Origin: Candidatus Poseidonia alphae
GTDB lineage: Archaea; Thermoplasmatota; Poseidoniia; Poseidoniales; Poseidoniaceae
Length of the DNA: 64,000 bases
Assembly: GCA_002505405.1 (NCBI GenBank)
Contig: DAVD01000037.1
Coordinates: forward strand, 146,880 to 210,879
Direction of reading: 5' to 3'
Part shown: piece by piece, positions 60,136 through 64,000 of the stretch
Position numbering within the stretch: the stretch's first letter is position 1
Layout: the number at the start of each line of letters is the position of its first letter
Notes under the pieces: model-generated
Database searches by the model: none
Told to the model about the DNA's origin: nothing
Seen by the model: only the letters and a program-made list of their open reading frames with translations
Translations under genes and position numbers: made by a program

Positions 60136-60663
60136 ATGGTGCGCCCCGACCCCTCCCAATCCGTACGCCTTGAGTTGCTTAGGGACGACGTGGTTGCGGA
60201 GATGAAAGGGCTCGAAATTTTTTCACTTGAGAGCCTCAACACTGCCTCGACCGTCAAATTGGGTCTGCTACGTAAAAGTTCTACACAACGTCATGGAGTC
60301 ACTCGTTGGACACGAAAACAGGGCGGCCTGGTATTAGAAACAGTTGACTTGCATCCGGTTTTACTTGAGCAACATTGGTCGAGATATGCTGCATTTGTAA
60401 TGTATCACGAACTCCTTCACGCTATTGGGAACAGGTCACACGACCGGGACTTTCGTGCAATAGAATCGCTATGGCCGGATGTAGACGCGTCAAAACAGGG
60501 TCTTGACTTCACCCATAAGATGCGGCTTGAGCGTGCATCATGGCTCTGGGTCTGTGTTCAATGTGAAATGGAATATCCTCGTCAGCGTCCAAGTGGTGGT
60601 AAATATCAATGCCGAACATGCCGAAGTCGCCTCATTGACCGCCCCATAAAGGACATCAAATGA
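60136..60663 (+). CDS. SprT/YgjP(DUF45)-like HExxH metallohydrolase with C-terminal zinc ribbon
   Basis: 'MYHELLHAIGNRSHDRDFRAIESLWPD' (HExxH...H..F...P) and 'CVQCEMEY...YQCRTCRSRL' (CxxC...CxxC). Confidence 0.62.
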   Translation: MVRPDPSQSVRLELLRDDVVAEMKGLEIFSLESLNTASTVKLGLLRKSSTQRHGVTRWTRKQGGLVLETVDLHPVLLEQHWSRYAAFVMYHELLHAIGNRSHDRDFRAIESLWPDVDASKQGLDFTHKMRLERASWLWVCVQCEMEYPRQRPSGGKYQCRTCRSRLIDRPIKDIK

Positions 60664-60692
60664 TAAACAATGGCAAATCAGGAAGTGATGGG

Positions 60693-62744
60693 ATGGTTAT
60701 GGTGACTCGCAAGGCTTTCCTCCTTTCGAGCCTGTTCTTTCTTTCGCTCATGATCCCAATATTTACTGCTCCGGCACAGGCTGGAATTACCTCTCTCGAG
60801 GGTGGCGGGACGATGTTTCTCTCATGTCAATCAGAAAATGACTGCTCCCTCACACCTGTTTCAATGGGGGAAGGGAAGTTCTCCGGGCAAAGTTTTGGCT
60901 CAACGCTTCAACCTGAAATGCTCTCCTTTGAGTTTGATGCCGCCCCAGTCCAGCAACACCTCGCCATCCTCCCGGAACAAATAGAATCGCTGATCGTTGA
61001 TTTTAGGCATCAAACGGAAACTGGTGGACTTCTTCGTCCAGCCGTTGACTTTCGCCTCATTCTTGGACAGAGCGTGACAGAATGGTCTTTTGAAAGCGAA
61101 TTTGTACCGACCTCATCCGAATACGAGCCCTACACGCTTGAAGATGAATTGCTGGACCTGGGGGCGACAAGAGTTCTCTGGAAAGATGCTCAAATCCGTT
61201 TGATTATGGTCGTTACCCTTGACCGCCCTGGCACTTGGGAATTGAATTTACGAGGCCCTTCTAAAATAGAAATGGAACTTCCTTGGTCCATCGACGCAGA
61301 AGCAGCAGATGTCGATGAACCTTCGTCCACCACTCAACCCATCGCTTCAAGTTTTGACACCGGCCACCAAGGGGCTTTGGTTAGTGATGACTGGGATTGC
61401 TGGTCATTCCCCGTCGAAGAACATGAAGTGATGACCCTCATTGTGGATTGGGTGGCGGTCCCCATAGAACTTGAGCAACCTCATGAAGTTCCAAACTTAG
61501 TGACCGATTCGGGCCGTTTATCGCCTCAGCCCGAAGTTGTAACTGAACTTGTTGATGATGACTTGAGAATCATCTATCGTTGGCGAAATCTCCCTGTCAA
61601 TGATTACAATTTGTGCTTCAGGGGCGCCCCAGATCGGTTCCAATCCTATTCTTGGGCAGGATTATTTGGATACGAAAGTTCAGGCCCTGTCGTATCAGAT
61701 GATTTTTCTTCTGAATCATTTTATCCATCGGGGACGGTCCTCCTTGGTGATGAATCGGATTCCTATGCTTTGAACGAACAGGGTGTGTCCGTATTGCTTC
61801 TTTCAATCGTTATGTTTGGAGTGTTCCTCCTCGTTGCTTTCAGGCCGACAACGTCGTATCCGTTGAGGTTTGGAGTGTTCCTGCCCGGCGTAATTTGTCT
61901 CTTTATTGGAGGCATCATCCATCCCTTATGGTCCATCGCTGACGAAGTGCAATACGAAGATGAAATCACCATCGATGACCTCATAGACATGCGTCTCCAA
62001 CAACTTTGGGATGTTTCTGCAGATGGGGTTCCAGACCAAACTCTGGTTGAACACACCGGAGCAACGTGGGGCATGTTGGCTGGAGAGCGTCTTCAACTTC
62101 GCCTTTCGATAGAACGTGCTGTCCCACTTCAGGATAACCGATGGCAGTTGATTGTCCCTGAATTTGAGGAATTACGACTCGATGAACTGATCTTTTCACA
62201 AGTGGCTGAAGGAAGCCAGCAATTGGGAATTCAAGGGGTGCAAGATGACCATTCGGTACGTTTTGTTCTGCTTGCAGGTCGTTCCCTCGTTCTTGACTTC
62301 CTAATGCTGGAAGCTTTGTTGGTGGTCGATGAACTCCCTTCGTCTTCGGTGTTTCATATCGATACGGTAATGGTGGAAACCAGATCTGCAGGTTCGTTTA
62401 ACACGCCAGTTTGGTCCACCCGTCCAGTAGGCATTTCTGAAAAGTCTTGGATTGGAATCCAAGGGAACTTGTTTCCACAACAAATCACCATCAGTCTTTG
62501 TGATTGTGATTTGGACCTCCTTGATGTGAGTTTCCAACCATCGCGAGGATTTGATTTGAATGACATCCCTCAAGAGAATTGGGGTTTGCAAAACGCTGAT
62601 GGGATTTTACCGTACGGTTCAGCCTTGATGTGGCTCGGAATGTTGCTCGGTATTGTGGCGTCTACGGCTGAATTAAGACGTTATCAAAAAGCGCAAGGGA
62701 TGGCGCAGTCGTTCCATCCGATCAGAGAAAACCAGTGGACTTGA
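60693..62744 (+). CDS. Large hypothetical membrane protein (signal peptide, two ectodomains, internal and C-terminal TM helices)
   Basis: ORF from ATG 60660 overlaps the upstream stop (ATGA). The signal-like 'AFLLSSLFFLSLMIPIFTAPAQA' begins after Met 60693. TM pair near 'VSVLLLSIVMFGVFLLVAF ... VFLPGVICLFIGGIIHPLW'; C-terminal TM 'ALMWLGMLLGIVAS'. Confidence 0.55.
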   Translation: MVMVTRKAFLLSSLFFLSLMIPIFTAPAQAGITSLEGGGTMFLSCQSENDCSLTPVSMGEGKFSGQSFGSTLQPEMLSFEFDAAPVQQHLAILPEQIESLIVDFRHQTETGGLLRPAVDFRLILGQSVTEWSFESEFVPTSSEYEPYTLEDELLDLGATRVLWKDAQIRLIMVVTLDRPGTWELNLRGPSKIEMELPWSIDAEAADVDEPSSTTQPIASSFDTGHQGALVSDDWDCWSFPVEEHEVMTLIVDWVAVPIELEQPHEVPNLVTDSGRLSPQPEVVTELVDDDLRIIYRWRNLPVNDYNLCFRGAPDRFQSYSWAGLFGYESSGPVVSDDFSSESFYPSGTVLLGDESDSYALNEQGVSVLLLSIVMFGVFLLVAFRPTTSYPLRFGVFLPGVICLFIGGIIHPLWSIADEVQYEDEITIDDLIDMRLQQLWDVSADGVPDQTLVEHTGATWGMLAGERLQLRLSIERAVPLQDNRWQLIVPEFEELRLDELIFSQVAEGSQQLGIQGVQDDHSVRFVLLAGRSLVLDFLMLEALLVVDELPSSSVFHIDTVMVETRSAGSFNTPVWSTRPVGISEKSWIGIQGNLFPQQITISLCDCDLDLLDVSFQPSRGFDLNDIPQENWGLQNADGILPYGSALMWLGMLLGIVASTAELRRYQKAQGMAQSFHPIRENQWT

Positions 62745-62745
62745 A

Positions 62746-63396
62746 TCACTTCTTATCTGCCTTTTTCAGTTCTTTTGAAACGGCCTCTGTCACTTCATCA
62801 GGATTCATTTTTGCGGCTTGGGCAGCCTTGTCAATCGACTTTGCTTCCTCATCGGTGATTTCACCGTCGGAAGCCGCAGATTTAATCGCAGCCTTGACGC
62901 TCATCTCTGCTGCTTCTTCATCAGTGATACCCAATGCTTCTTGGAACGATTTCAATTCCTTCATTTCAGCCTCTGAGATCACACCGTCTTCCCATGCGGA
63001 ATCGTAGGCGTGAACCAAGAATTCTCGGTACGCTTCTTGATTGAGAAGTACATCTCGAATAAGTCCGGTGTCGACACCAGTGTCTGAATTTGCCATTTCG
63101 AGCAAAGCGATGGAACGACGGACTTCCTTTACAGCCATATCTTTGAGGCCGTGTCCTGCCCAAACTGCACCTGCTGCTGTAACTGCTGCGGCGAACCATC
63201 GCATCACGTCAGCATTGACCAAATCACCGGGTTGAACCAAATGGAAAATTCCCAGCACTGCCATTGCAGCACCGCACATCACTTCCACCCAATCGTTGAG
63301 GTCCGGTTCATCATCAAAGATGGACAATCGCTCTTCTACCATGGTCTCCATGTCGTCGCTCATGTGGGGGGACACCCACAGGTGGGACTTAGGCAT
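62746..63396 (-). CDS. Membrane protein with TerB-like acidic helical repeats
   Basis: 216 aa, two TM helices, then twice-repeated 'DG.I(S/T).EE' units ('WEDGVISEAEMKEL', 'SDGEITDEEAKSI'), reminiscent of TerB/DjlA-N domains. Confidence 0.42.
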   Translation of the reverse strand: MPKSHLWVSPHMSDDMETMVEERLSIFDDEPDLNDWVEVMCGAAMAVLGIFHLVQPGDLVNADVMRWFAAAVTAAGAVWAGHGLKDMAVKEVRRSIALLEMANSDTGVDTGLIRDVLLNQEAYREFLVHAYDSAWEDGVISEAEMKELKSFQEALGITDEEAAEMSVKAAIKSAASDGEITDEEAKSIDKAAQAAKMNPDEVTEAVSKELKKADKK

Positions 63397-63452
63397 GTCG
63401 GAAGTTCTCCGAAGCCGTTGTCCTTTTGGACTGTTGGCGTTGGTAGGGTAGT

Positions 63453-64000
63453 ATGGAGGGCCCGATTACCGATGTAAACGCCCTTGGAATGCCGCAAGAT
63501 TTCTCTGATTTTCTAAAAAATGAATGGGGAATTACCAATCTCCACCCCCCCCAAGCGGAGGCAGCCTCCAGCATCTTGTCCGGTAGAAATACCCTTGTTG
63601 CGATTCCAACTGCATCAGGGAAGTCGTTACTTGCTTACATGGCCATGATTCAGCGTTTAACTGAAGGGCACAAACAATCTAAAGCGATTTATATTGTCCC
63701 GTTGAAGGCGTTGGCGATGGAAAAATACGAGGACCTTTCGCAAATTGCAAAGGCGATGGATTTGAAGATTGGACTCGGTATTGGAGATGCTACTGCTGAA
63801 GCCAAAAACATTGATGATTGCAACATTCTCGTTTGTACTTCTGAAAAATTAGATTCACTCTTGAGGCATAAAGCCGAACTGGTCACCAACCTCACATGCG
63901 TCGTCGCCGACGAATTTCATCTGATGAACGATTCGACTCGCGGACCCACGTTGGAAATCAATTTGACGCGCCTCCGCCACATACGCCCAGATGCCCAACT
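63453..64000 (+). CDS. hel308: Hel308/Ski2-like DEAD/DEAH-box helicase, 5' fragment (runs off the window)
   Basis: My own translation; it is absent from the ORF track because no stop is reached. 'LHPPQAEAASSILSGRNTLVAIPTASGKSLLAYMAM', 'IYIVPLKALAMEKYEDL', 'ILVCTSEKLDSLLRH', 'CVVADEFHLMNDSTRGPTLE'. Confidence 0.85.
   Translation, partial: MEGPITDVNALGMPQDFSDFLKNEWGITNLHPPQAEAASSILSGRNTLVAIPTASGKSLLAYMAMIQRLTEGHKQSKAIYIVPLKALAMEKYEDLSQIAKAMDLKIGLGIGDATAEAKNIDDCNILVCTSEKLDSLLRHKAELVTNLTCVVADEFHLMNDSTRGPTLEINLTRLRHIRPDAQ

Overview
This is a densely coding archaeal chromosomal segment of about 54 CDS, with many 4-bp start/stop overlaps and Shine-Dalgarno-like GGAGG/GGTG motifs. Gene content points to a Thermoplasmatota / Marine-Group-II-like euryarchaeon; that placement is inference only, with no search run. 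The archaeal core comprises a complete A1AO ATP synthase operon atpHIKECFABD (2.4-10.9 kb), orc1/cdc6-rps6e-aIF2gamma-PIN, Dph2, archaeal Hpt and Hel308. It sits beside bacterial-flavoured genes: gyrB-gyrA, a class-II-like HMG-CoA reductase, a class-II nucleotidyltransferase, acyl-CoA dehydrogenase and SMC-ScpA-ScpB. Several secreted or anchored peptidases are also present: M61, M28 and a 1400-aa PKD-repeat gluzincin.

I found no rRNA, tRNA, CRISPR array, transposase, integrase or recognisable defence island, so most of the window is housekeeping. The best candidates for something undescribed are:
1. A divergent Orc1/Cdc6-like AAA+ protein (Walker A Lys->Arg, long acidic linker, C-terminal winged helix). 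It lies behind a dyad array of six TAACG(C) half-sites and is translationally coupled to a repeat/beta-propeller-like protein and a small DUF357-like protein (24.2-27.5 kb).
2. A site-2-protease-like membrane protein directly after atpD that lacks all three zinc ligands and carries a sequon-rich extracellular domain.
3. A Cys-rich zinc-ribbon-like insertion in the GyrA C-terminal domain.
4. A thymidylate kinase fused to an unknown ~250-aa domain inside a surface-protein operon.
5. An A-ATPase c subunit with a signal-peptide-like extension.

All functional calls come from reading motifs by eye. None has been checked against a database.
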